Source of the DNA: a virus
Lineage: Duplodnaviria; Caudoviricetes
Length of the DNA stretch: 44,025 bases
Virus record (IMG/VR): IMGVR_UViG_3300025168_014046
Coordinates: 1-44,025 of that record
Direction: 5' to 3' (one strand)
Part shown: one piece after another, positions 27,157 to 35,380 of the stretch
Layout: the number at the start of each line of letters is the position of its first letter
Position numbering within the stretch: position 1 is the first letter of the stretch
The notes under the pieces: model-generated
Database searches by the model: none
What the model was told of the DNA's origin: nothing
The model's input: only the letters and a program-made list of their open reading frames with translations
Translations under genes and position numbers: made by a program

Positions 27157-27488
27157 TGGTGGAGATGGGCGGTTCTGCCCCGCCGTCCGCAACACTTTCA
27201 ATACAAAGTCATTCACAAGCTTATCAGTTTTATTTCCCCTAACTGAAGGGTAGACAGCTATATTCTAAAGTTTACCGTCATGTTACTTTAGATTGTTTGA
27301 TTTTTACAACTTGTCTGTTGTTTTGATTAGATTGGATAGAAGGTTCTAATCGACCTCCCTACTAAGCGGCTAAGCGCTGTTCGAAGTGGTTGTTGTTATT
27401 TGCAACTATTGTTTTTGAACTGTTGAGGTCGTATCTAACCTGCTTGCACTCAATATCTTCTGAGCCACGTCGAAACTATTTCATCCCC
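27157..27488 (-). ncRNA. ssrA: tmRNA (one-piece), tag ANNNNHFEQRLAA
   Basis: 5' GGGGATG...TTCGAC and 3' CATCTCCACCA with G3.U70; resume context ATAGTT-GCA; tag ORF ending LAA-TAG-TAG. Confidence 0.95.
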
Positions 27489-27690
27489 GTGTTTTTTTGA
27501 CGATAATACCCACTGGGGTATGATTGGCATCGTCTAACCATATATTTATTTCTTTGTCTTTCTTGCTCTTTTCACAATAAGTATAATTAATTTTCTTTTT
27601 AGCAGCTTTAAGTGCTGCATCTTCTGATGAATGTTTACTAATCAGGTTACCCTGAATGTACCTACCATCATACTGAAAAACCTTCCACAT
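27481..27690 (-). CDS. Hypothetical protein
   Basis: 69-aa ORF coupled to the upstream TAATG; its TGA lies inside the tmRNA 5' stem. Confidence 0.7.
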   Translation of the reverse strand: MWKVFQYDGRYIQGNLISKHSSEDAALKAAKKKINYTYCEKSKKDKEINIWLDDANHTPVGIIVKKTRG

Positions 27691-28280
27691 TATTGCAGCC
27701 CATCAATCAATTCTCTGACATGTGAGTCACTGAATCCAGCATGACCGGCGGCGATTTTACCATTGCGATCAATATAAATGTAAGTGGGAAACCCGCCGAT
27801 AACATATCCATCAGTCCCAACTCCAGTCGAGTCAAAAACTAAATCACGGCCGGCATATAATACTGGCGCCGTGGTAATGTTATGGCTAACCACCCAATCA
27901 AGCATTTCATCTTCTGTCGGAGATAAGCCTTGAGTGTATCCTTCCACCAATAAAGTAGCAAATACTAAATCATCTCCATAATCATCTTGAATATCCTGCA
28001 CGTACATGCCGGCATTCTGACATGGCGGACACCAACTGGTAGAAAAATCCAAAACTACAACTTTGTCTTTGTTGTCGTATAACTGCCATGGTTCCTTGTT
28101 CTGGTCGTAGAGCACTACGTTACAGGCATAGTCACCAACTTGCGTCTGAGAGCAATCTGAAGCAGATATGACACCAAATTCAGTTGGTGCTGGAGCAATA
28201 TTAGCTTGAGTGTCATGGGTTCCAGTTGTGTTTAGATCTGCTGGACCACATGAGAGTAAAGTAATTAAGATACTAATCAT
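27690..28280 (-). CDS. TlpA-like thioredoxin lipoprotein
   Basis: Lipobox-like LLSC; VVVLDFSTSWCPPC; GFPTYIYIDRNG. Confidence 0.88.
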   Translation of the reverse strand: MISILITLLSCGPADLNTTGTHDTQANIAPAPTEFGVISASDCSQTQVGDYACNVVLYDQNKEPWQLYDNKDKVVVLDFSTSWCPPCQNAGMYVQDIQDDYGDDLVFATLLVEGYTQGLSPTEDEMLDWVVSHNITTAPVLYAGRDLVFDSTGVGTDGYVIGGFPTYIYIDRNGKIAAGHAGFSDSHVRELIDGLQ

Positions 28281-28620
28281 TTTTTATTTCCTTGAAGTAA
28301 TCATTTGTTTTGTATTCTCTTATATGTCTCATGTACTCAACATAACTGAGTCCTAGAAATCTAGCTGCATCTTTTTTAGACTTAGCTACTGATAAAGAAA
28401 ACTTTAATATACCATCCCTGACAATGTAAGATGTTCTTCTCCATATGTCAAGACCATATAGTCTATTATTAACATGCTTAGATGATAATTCTAATTTTAC
28501 TGCTATGAGATCTTCTAATGTTAGATTATTAATACAGACTAATAATGAATCATTAAGTTTATTAAGATCTTTTAGTTTAGTTATAGTAGATATACCAGAT
28601 AATGTATTTGGTTTATTCAT
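28273..28620 (-). CDS. Fis-like helix-turn-helix protein
   Basis: C-terminal SKKDAARFLGLSYVEYMRHIREY resembles the Fis/NtrC HTH. Confidence 0.65.
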   Translation of the reverse strand: MNKPNTLSGISTITKLKDLNKLNDSLLVCINNLTLEDLIAVKLELSSKHVNNRLYGLDIWRRTSYIVRDGILKFSLSVAKSKKDAARFLGLSYVEYMRHIREYKTNDYFKEIKND

Positions 28621-28621
28621 T

Positions 28622-28683
28622 AATAAGAGTGATTAGTGATTAGTGATTATCAAATAAGAGTGATTAGTGATTAGTGATTATCA
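28622..28683. repeat. Perfect tandem 2x31-bp repeat, each unit containing 3x AGTGATT
   Basis: AATAAGAGTGATTAGTGATTAGTGATTATCA at 28622-28652 and 28653-28683. Confidence 0.97.
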
Positions 28684-28702
28684 GGGGGCTTGTCACAAAC
28701 AA

Positions 28703-28731
28703 AGTGTAACGTTAAATTTAAAAGCTGTCAA
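28703..28731 (-). promoter_or_regulatory. Sigma70-type promoter upstream of the repeat and Fis-like gene
   Basis: TTGACA-N17-TACACT. Confidence 0.72.
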
Positions 28732-28749
28732 GTATAAATCTGAAAAAAA

Positions 28750-29568
28750 TTATAAATCTAGCTCTAAATCGCCGGCGCCGGCTTCCACATCTTGTGTTTG
28801 GGATTCTTGATCGCCCTTAGCCATATCGTATGCTTTGTTTGATGGCTCTGGAACTTCGGGATCCAACTCTTCTTCAAATTTGTTAAAGTATAACTTTAAG
28901 TTTGCAATGATATAATCATAAAATAATTCTTGATCTTCAGGATCTGAAAGTAATTCATAGGCATCAACAATGTTGGTTTCTATTTTTTTGTACGATTGGT
29001 ACGCCATGTTACGCCCTGTCTCGTCACCTTCGACATCTTTTCCGAACGCATCCATAGGATTTTCTTCCGCTTCATCATCATCGTCCGATCTCTCGGCATC
29101 TGAGCGAATATCGATAAACTTATCATCATCAGTAGTGCCACCAACATTTATATTTATGTCCTCTTCTATATCATATTCTAATTCATCTAGCCCCAAAGGT
29201 TCTTCATCACTAGCGTGAGTGTTAATCTTAGCAGGTGTAAGGGTGTTAACCACAGCATTGATGACATGAGATCTGTATGAATCTCTTTGATCTTTGTTAG
29301 TTGTTAGAGTCTTGTAATCTTCCTCTAAGATAGGAACAATTTTCTTAAGCAATTGTTCTAAAACGTTAATTCCTGTAGACTTGTTAGGTGTTGGAGATAC
29401 GTCCGCACCTTTTTCATTAATAACATTAAGCTCGTGATTCATGAATCCACGAATTACTTCACGTAACTTTTCTTCTTGTTCTTTTACAATACCTTGACGT
29501 TTCTGCTTGACAGAACGTATCGCAAGTCTTATACTTTCTCTAAGGGTTTTTTCTTCATTAGCGTTCAT
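28750..29568 (-). CDS. Acidic hypothetical protein (possible virion/prohead-associated)
   Basis: 272-aa ORF; repeated LRExIR helices, Asp/Glu-rich linkers. Confidence 0.75.
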   Translation of the reverse strand: MNANEEKTLRESIRLAIRSVKQKRQGIVKEQEEKLREVIRGFMNHELNVINEKGADVSPTPNKSTGINVLEQLLKKIVPILEEDYKTLTTNKDQRDSYRSHVINAVVNTLTPAKINTHASDEEPLGLDELEYDIEEDININVGGTTDDDKFIDIRSDAERSDDDDEAEENPMDAFGKDVEGDETGRNMAYQSYKKIETNIVDAYELLSDPEDQELFYDYIIANLKLYFNKFEEELDPEVPEPSNKAYDMAKGDQESQTQDVEAGAGDLELDL

Positions 29569-31535
29569 TATATAATGCCTCTCTCCATAATTAGTTTCAT
29601 AACTTCGTCAATCAAACTTAAATCGATATATTCTTTTCTCTTTTTAGCTTCTTTTTTATCCTCGGGGTCATCAACCGACCCAAATGCCAAAGGGGCTCCG
29701 TACCCGCCCATACCGCCGACAGAGGTTTCTTCAACTGACTTGAGACCTAATATATCCAAAACAGTGTCGACGTTTTCTTCACCAACAAACTCGGCTATTT
29801 CTTCTCGGTTTTCTGGGTTTCCGAGAGCATTTCGAAAATCGGTGGCACTAAATGCGGTTTCAGCAGATCTACGCAATGGGGTGACTGCGGTACCTTCTGG
29901 TGTCAATAACTCAACGCCATTTTTAATATACTTTTCAGCGCCAGTCCAACGTTTCCAATCGCAGTCTTTGGCACTACACCCAAGAATAACTTTGTCTCCC
30001 GTATTTAAGGGCCCTTCATCACCAACATATTCATATGCGGCGTTGATTGGAGATGCATGGTCCGATATAGCTATATCTACGTTTGGTAAATTACCAGCTA
30101 AAACATTCCATATATCAAGCGAGTCTTGGGCGGTTATTTCACGACCATTAGGCAATGTTCTACCTCTGACGGTTGGTTTGGATATCAAAACCTTCACCTC
30201 ATCTGCTATCTTAGCATATTTTCGAACCATATCAAGGTGACCTAAATGAGGCGGCTTGAATGCACCCGGAACGATGGCTATTGTTTTGGGGTAATCTTGG
30301 TCGACTACAGGATCATCTGTTTCATCATCAATATCAAATTCATCCTCTAACTCGTTGATATCACCAGTAAATTTAGCACCCTTATCAACAGCAAAGTTAG
30401 CCCTACTAAACTCTAAACGGTCTACAAACTTAATACCGTTACCTTTGCGATCAACTGCCACATAGCCCTCTGGGTTACTGGCTACCAAATCTCCCGATCC
30501 GTTGTCAACAAAATGTTTTGTATTGTAAACAGCATTATTGTACTTTTCAATGAAAATGTTTTTCGCTTCGAACAACAATCGGCTTACTATAAAGATATTA
30601 ATGATATCTTCTCTTTTTTCGTTAAAGGCCTGCAGGGTCTGTTGAGCGTTTTGTGTTGCTCTCTGTTTGCCTTTATCACTCTTTAGGTTATCAATTTTTT
30701 TCTTGACTCTGGTGGAATACCAGTTGATAAAACCTTCAAATGATTCTTGTGGGTTCTCAAGAAAGGCGCCAACTTTAATTTCACTGTTTATATAAATATT
30801 TAAAAATGCAAATGGTAAATCGTCGTAATTAATCTTTTCATTTACTGCATCTGCTTGGTTCACCAGTTCGACTATTTTAGCTTCTTCGTCATCTGTCAAA
30901 GTTACAACACCGGTGTCGTCTGTGAAAAATGCATCATCAAACCATACTCCCGGTGCTTTCTTTAGACCAGATACATCCGCACCAAAACTAGCACCGCCAT
31001 CTAAACTATTATATGTTGTATGGAATACAATACCAAACTTGGCTTGCTCGATTTGCCTTCCAAAATCTGAATCTACCGGTACTGCATACAAAATAGTATT
31101 CGGCTTGAACGTATAATGTGGTTCGCCTTCTATTTCTGTTTTGCGGATCATTCCATCGTCAAACATAAAATCGCCCTGAAGAATATTTTTAATCTTCAAC
31201 GCCGGTAAGTATTGCAATGCTTTGGTTAACTTGTCAACAAGTCCCGGTGCATGCCCGTGATTTTTGATGATGTCTTCTTTTGTATAGTTTATTTTTGGTA
31301 CTTTGTTGAAAATTGATTTCGTACCAACAAAGAATTTACCATTCTCAGGATTAACACCAGCAAAGATAGCAGGCGCTCCGTCCCATTTGACGGACGTTTG
31401 AACTTTAGAGGAGGTGTTACCCTTCAAAGTCTTTAAAAGCGACAGAAGGAACCCTCTAGCCTTATTATAGCCTTCTGGGCCCTGAGTTAATACCAACTCT
31501 TCAAGATGAGTAAGGTGGGTATTGGCCTTAGCCAT
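29568..31535 (-). CDS. Phage DUF6267-like (RNA-ligase-like) domain fused to an HxGH nucleotidyltransferase domain
   Basis: NTHLTHLEE, VKWDGAPA, FFVGTKS, QGD, PEGYVAV, IKFVDRLEFS; then PGAFKPPHLGH and FSATDFR. Confidence 0.75.
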   Translation of the reverse strand: MAKANTHLTHLEELVLTQGPEGYNKARGFLLSLLKTLKGNTSSKVQTSVKWDGAPAIFAGVNPENGKFFVGTKSIFNKVPKINYTKEDIIKNHGHAPGLVDKLTKALQYLPALKIKNILQGDFMFDDGMIRKTEIEGEPHYTFKPNTILYAVPVDSDFGRQIEQAKFGIVFHTTYNSLDGGASFGADVSGLKKAPGVWFDDAFFTDDTGVVTLTDDEEAKIVELVNQADAVNEKINYDDLPFAFLNIYINSEIKVGAFLENPQESFEGFINWYSTRVKKKIDNLKSDKGKQRATQNAQQTLQAFNEKREDIINIFIVSRLLFEAKNIFIEKYNNAVYNTKHFVDNGSGDLVASNPEGYVAVDRKGNGIKFVDRLEFSRANFAVDKGAKFTGDINELEDEFDIDDETDDPVVDQDYPKTIAIVPGAFKPPHLGHLDMVRKYAKIADEVKVLISKPTVRGRTLPNGREITAQDSLDIWNVLAGNLPNVDIAISDHASPINAAYEYVGDEGPLNTGDKVILGCSAKDCDWKRWTGAEKYIKNGVELLTPEGTAVTPLRRSAETAFSATDFRNALGNPENREEIAEFVGEENVDTVLDILGLKSVEETSVGGMGGYGAPLAFGSVDDPEDKKEAKKRKEYIDLSLIDEVMKLIMERGII

Positions 31536-31786
31536 TATTCGTCTCCTTGGGACTCTTCTAATATAGTAAGTTTTTCTTGAAGAACACCAATGTCACTATC
31601 CATCTTGCGTGCAAATCTCTTAACTTCGCGTAGATGCTGTTTAGCCAGTATCACTCGTCTTTTTTCAGAGAGTGTTCTAGGTTTAAGATTGGAAATTATT
31701 TCTTGGAGACCCTGAATATAGGTAAAGATAGACTTTTCATCTATGCTCTCATTTAAGAAATCTTTCCACGCTGTGTCTAATGACAT
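31535..31786 (-). CDS. Hypothetical protein with W-x-x-F-L-x-E leader
   Basis: GAGGA SD; MSLDTAWKDFLNES; coiled-coil C-terminus. Confidence 0.78.
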   Translation of the reverse strand: MSLDTAWKDFLNESIDEKSIFTYIQGLQEIISNLKPRTLSEKRRVILAKQHLREVKRFARKMDSDIGVLQEKLTILEESQGDE

Positions 31787-31857
31787 TGGTTTTTCCTCTT
31801 TTGAATATATTAATAAAAGTTTTTATAAACTTGTTTCTGCTTTTTTAAGCTAAATTT

Positions 31858-32745
31858 TTAGCCCTGTAGATGTTTACGAAGGAGGTTAGCAATTGCTTCT
31901 TGCAATTCTTCTTTCTTCGTATCTTCATCTTCCGCGTCTTCTTTGCCTTTTGCAAGGTCTTTCGAGCCCTTACCATCAGCAGCGTAGTCAGGGACCATTT
32001 TTCCATCTGGACCTTTAACCATATTTTTTGCGGCTTCTTCGATTTCTTCCTCTTCTTCAAGAGTTTCGTCTTCTTCGTTGACTGCCTCTTCCATGCCAAG
32101 GTCTTTAGTTTCATCCCCTGTGGGGTCTTTACCAAGCTCCCGACCAGCATCGGTTGGTGTCTGTGGAACTGCACCAGCCTCTTCAATTTCTTCTTCGGCT
32201 TCGGCTTGCATTTCGCCCGGACCATCAAATGCTTCAAACTCTTCAAGAGTGTTGAATTTAAAACCCCATGCTTCTGAGAGAATCACTCGGATTTCTTCGT
32301 TTTTCCAATCTTTTATAGACATCTTATTATCTCCTTTTAGTAGATGTTCGTAGTAAATAGTGTTTTCTTTCTTTAACTTATCTTCAAAGTCTCTTAAACA
32401 CATACTTCCGTCTCTGTTTGCTTTCTCTTCCATATCTCTTAAATGAGGATCACGCTGCGCGTAACCGGGTCCCATGTCGTCAGAATCACTAAATTCACCG
32501 TCACAATTTTGTTTATGGTGAACCAATTCATGACCCAAAGAACGCAAAATATCCTTTGGATGTCTTCCTGAGACATAAAGAGTAACTGATTCTGCCGAAG
32601 GATCATAAAACGCTGTCTTGCCTAAAGGGTTTTTTGCATTGCCGGCATCATGCCGTAAAAAAAGCTTTGGAGGACGCTCAAAACCAATTTGTTTTTGTGC
32701 GAACGGCATAAATTGTTTTATCAAATCTTTGAGAATATCATTCAT
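31858..32745 (-). CDS. Zincin-like domain plus acidic C-terminal domain (probable internal start at 32322)
   Basis: TAFYDP, DILRSLGHELVHHKQ, MEEKAN; internal AAGGAG SD and ATG (MSIKDW). Confidence 0.8.
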   Translation of the reverse strand: MNDILKDLIKQFMPFAQKQIGFERPPKLFLRHDAGNAKNPLGKTAFYDPSAESVTLYVSGRHPKDILRSLGHELVHHKQNCDGEFSDSDDMGPGYAQRDPHLRDMEEKANRDGSMCLRDFEDKLKKENTIYYEHLLKGDNKMSIKDWKNEEIRVILSEAWGFKFNTLEEFEAFDGPGEMQAEAEEEIEEAGAVPQTPTDAGRELGKDPTGDETKDLGMEEAVNEEDETLEEEEEIEEAAKNMVKGPDGKMVPDYAADGKGSKDLAKGKEDAEDEDTKKEELQEAIANLLRKHLQG

Positions 32746-32788
32746 AACATTAACCAGTATAGTTTAAATAGTTGTAAATATTAAGTAA

Positions 32789-33049
32789 TCAAATGATTTT
32801 TTTATTAGGTATGACTGGCTTAAGATACATTGTGAATAATTCTATGAATTGGCTGTTACTTTGATTCAATGGTTTTATTGTTGAAACTGAGATAATTCGG
32901 TTATCCACCGGCTTATTATTTATCTCCATTAATATACCGAAATTCGAGACCCACTCTTCGATCACGGGATCCCATTTCGTCCATTCAACAATATCACCAA
33001 TCTCAAATTTTTCTGCTGCTAGCGAGCCAAAAGGAGTTTTTTCATCCAT
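32789..33049 (-). CDS. Small SH3/KOW-like hypothetical protein
   Basis: FEIGDIVEW...FGILME; ATG 33049 overlapping the upstream ORF end. Confidence 0.7.
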   Translation of the reverse strand: MDEKTPFGSLAAEKFEIGDIVEWTKWDPVIEEWVSNFGILMEINNKPVDNRIISVSTIKPLNQSNSQFIELFTMYLKPVIPNKKII

Positions 33050-33242
33050 CGTAGTGAACCATCCAAGCACAAATGCCTTTCTGTAAATATGAATGACATT
33101 TTATTTCTGCTTGGATATGATCTTCTACTGGTTCGCTATTCACAACTAATTGTTCGTCTAGCCATTTTACCAACGTTAAATTTTGTGAAGATACAGAAGT
33201 ACCATCACTATATTTAAAATATTGTTTATTCTTTTTACCCAC
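33042..33242 (-). CDS. Hypothetical protein
   Basis: 66-aa ORF, GTG start 4 nt after TATATA. Confidence 0.6.
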   Translation of the reverse strand: MGKKNKQYFKYSDGTSVSSQNLTLVKWLDEQLVVNSEPVEDHIQAEIKCHSYLQKGICAWMVHYDG

Positions 33243-33261
33243 GCCTTATATAGGCAAGAAT

Positions 33262-33414
33262 TTATATATGTGTCTCTGTGGTTTTAAAATTAGAGCACAA
33301 AATTAGTGACAATAATGTGACAGCAGTAAACTCAAAACCAATAAACGAAAGACTAAATAAGGCTCCGCCTAAGAATAAGACAGTTTTCCAAAATTTATTA
33401 AAAGTAAATAACAT
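33262..33414 (-). CDS. Small two-helix membrane protein (50 aa, MLFTFNKFW...; not in ORF track)
   Basis: TAATG coupling to the upstream ORF; two hydrophobic segments. Confidence 0.6.
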   Translation of the reverse strand: MLFTFNKFWKTVLFLGGALFSLSFIGFEFTAVTLLSLILCSNFKTTETHI

Positions 33415-33698
33415 TAATCTGAATCCGTTAGATATAATTTATCTTTATGAATCTCTACTATCTTACCACAACTTGTATAAATTAAAAGCTTGTCACTACC
33501 AATGATTTCGTCAAGGACAAAGACTTTTTGATTTTTGTTTATCTTTATGAAAGAACGAGAAGAGGGTTGCAAACAAAAAAGATAACCTTTTCCTGGTATA
33601 GTGTATTCAGGTACCAATCGTTTAGTTTCATCTATTTCGCCACTCAACTGTTTTATAATTTGTTGCAATAACGTTTTTTGTTCTTCAACTGTCAACAT
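33414..33698 (-). CDS. Hypothetical protein
   Basis: 94-aa ORF in operon; beta-rich C-terminus. Confidence 0.7.
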   Translation of the reverse strand: MLTVEEQKTLLQQIIKQLSGEIDETKRLVPEYTIPGKGYLFCLQPSSRSFIKINKNQKVFVLDEIIGSDKLLIYTSCGKIVEIHKDKLYLTDSD

Positions 33699-33701
33699 AA
33701 C

Positions 33702-34019
33702 TTAAAACATCTTAGACCAAGCCATGGCAATACCCATCATGGTCTGAACTGCCATGAAGATTGCAATCGCTTTTGTCTTAAAAGTTTTAAGTTCCTCAAT
33801 ATCTTCTAGAGCAACTTTCAATTGTGGAGGTGAAGCAACATCATCTAATTTTTCTTTCCAACTTTTCAAATCGCTAACTCGGTCTTCTCTAGCTTTCAGT
33901 TCAGTAAGCTGACCCTTAACGTCTTGCAGTTCGGTTCTGAGGGATTCAATCCCAGAAGCCATGGTTTCAAGTTGTTGTAAAACTAACTTTGAATATGTTT
34001 CCCATCCATTTTGGCTCAT
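33702..34019 (-). CDS. Coiled-coil protein with C-terminal transmembrane helix
   Basis: Heptad pattern, then AIAIFMAVQTMMGIAMAW. Confidence 0.75.
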   Translation of the reverse strand: MSQNGWETYSKLVLQQLETMASGIESLRTELQDVKGQLTELKAREDRVSDLKSWKEKLDDVASPPQLKVALEDIEELKTFKTKAIAIFMAVQTMMGIAMAWSKMF

Positions 34020-34457
34020 TTACTTTTCCGCCTGTGATCGATCTTGCCAGTCTGCTGATACATCATCGTCTTCAATCGGGCCACCTTTGGCCCAGGTTCT
34101 ACACGAACGGGCAGAGTGACATTTAAAATGGTGCATCCAACAATACCCAAGCATACCATCGTCATCCGAAGTTTCTCCGGGCATGCATTCCTTCATTCTG
34201 GGGGAAATATCAAATGCTACACAATTCCCACACTTCGAGGCCAACGCCGATTTTACATCTGTATCCCAGTATTCTGCTATTTCTTCCCAGTAATCTCCGG
34301 GTTCATCTACATTTAGTGGGCCGTATTTTATATAATCAGCTTGAATTGCTGAATCTCTGTTTTTGGTGTTTAATTCTAAATTTTGAGTTGCAACCGGGCA
34401 AACTAGTTTCACTGCCTCGGTTATAAATTTATTCCAATTTTCAAATAAGTGTTTCAT
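34020..34457 (-). CDS. Cys-rich putative metal/Fe-S-binding protein with W-x-x-F-I-x-E leader
   Basis: MKHLFENWNKFITE; CGNCVAF...GYCWMHHFKCHSARSCRTW. Confidence 0.75.
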   Translation of the reverse strand: MKHLFENWNKFITEAVKLVCPVATQNLELNTKNRDSAIQADYIKYGPLNVDEPGDYWEEIAEYWDTDVKSALASKCGNCVAFDISPRMKECMPGETSDDDGMLGYCWMHHFKCHSARSCRTWAKGGPIEDDDVSADWQDRSQAEK

Positions 34458-34795
34458 TCGTATTTCTCCGCATACCCTTCATGTAAGAGCTTATTGTTAA
34501 TATGAATTTCTCCAAATTCACCAATAAGTAGTTCTCCAAGACATCTTCCGTATTTTCCAATGCCACGAGAACATAATATAAAACGACCGTCAACACCCTC
34601 TAGAAGCTCTTCTAACCTCTTCTTGGCCTCTATACCCGCTTTCTTTTCTTCAAGGTCTCTAGTACGTACTTCTGGCGTGTTAATACCATATAATCTTACA
34701 CGTTTCTTGACCCAAACGTCAAATCCTAAGTCTACCATTGCATCGATGGTATCACCATCAATAACACGAATTAGTTTAGCACTGTACTCATACAT
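34454..34795 (-). CDS. Thermonuclease (SNase) family nuclease
   Basis: RVIDGDTID, VRLYGINTPE, GKYGRCLG, INNKLLHEGYA. Confidence 0.92.
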   Translation of the reverse strand: MYEYSAKLIRVIDGDTIDAMVDLGFDVWVKKRVRLYGINTPEVRTRDLEEKKAGIEAKKRLEELLEGVDGRFILCSRGIGKYGRCLGELLIGEFGEIHINNKLLHEGYAEKYE

Positions 34796-35379
34796 TATTC
34801 ACCACCATAGATTTCATATAATTCATCTTCGGTATTATCATCGAGAACTGTTGCAACAAGATGAACTCTCGGCTCACTCCCACCGTTCAAAGCAGAATGG
34901 TATTCTTTTGTATTCATGTAATATGTACTACCATTTGCTTTCATATGGTAAACTTGATTATCTACTATCATTAATGCACCTGGATTTGTTATAATTGGGA
35001 TATGCAATCTGCATTCGGGATCCCTATGATAACTCAAACAACTTCTGCTGTTTAGTTTTAAAACTCGTACTCTACCCAATTTGTAATGTTTAGAAAGAGT
35101 ATCATAAATATTTTTAAAATATGTTGTCATGAGAAGTGGTTCAAAAACCCTGTAACTCGTCTCATCTACGTATTTTTCAACTTGGTATTCTTCATATTCA
35201 TTGTCCCGAGTCCAAAATATGCCACGTGTATCTGCTTGTAACAAATTTTCTGGATGAGTTAAACTGATACAATTAACTTTTTCACCTTCAAATCCTATTT
35301 TTTCGACTGCAAAGTCGTAGGCATCCTTCAAAGCATCAATATCAAAATTAATATTTAAATTTTCGAAATTTCGTTTCAT
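34795..35379 (-). CDS. 2OG-Fe(II) oxygenase (Asp/Asn beta-hydroxylase-like)
   Basis: GRVRVL, YHRD (HxD), RLHIPIITN, HSALNGG, RVHLV; start likely ATG 35379. Confidence 0.85.
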   Translation of the reverse strand: MKRNFENLNINFDIDALKDAYDFAVEKIGFEGEKVNCISLTHPENLLQADTRGIFWTRDNEYEEYQVEKYVDETSYRVFEPLLMTTYFKNIYDTLSKHYKLGRVRVLKLNSRSCLSYHRDPECRLHIPIITNPGALMIVDNQVYHMKANGSTYYMNTKEYHSALNGGSEPRVHLVATVLDDNTEDELYEIYGGE

Positions 35380-35380
35380 A

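Noticed and set aside
27022-27246. ORFs 27022..27216 (-) and 27046..27246 (+)
   Set aside because: They overlap tRNA-Ser and the tmRNA 3' end; spurious translations of RNA genes.
28622-28683. Possible CRISPR mini-array (31-bp repeat)
   Set aside because: The two units are directly adjacent with no spacer and are built from internal heptamers; no cas1/cas2 is present.
29476-30240. 254-aa plus-strand ORF
   Set aside because: Antisense shadow of the motif-bearing 29568..31535 gene; no SD and no recognisable motifs.
31845-32246. Alternative-frame Lys-rich ORF (also 38935..39165, 19837..20058, 21483..21692, 9314..9499)
   Set aside because: Frame-shifted readings of low-complexity or ordinary coding sequence; no independent initiation signal or slippery site identified.
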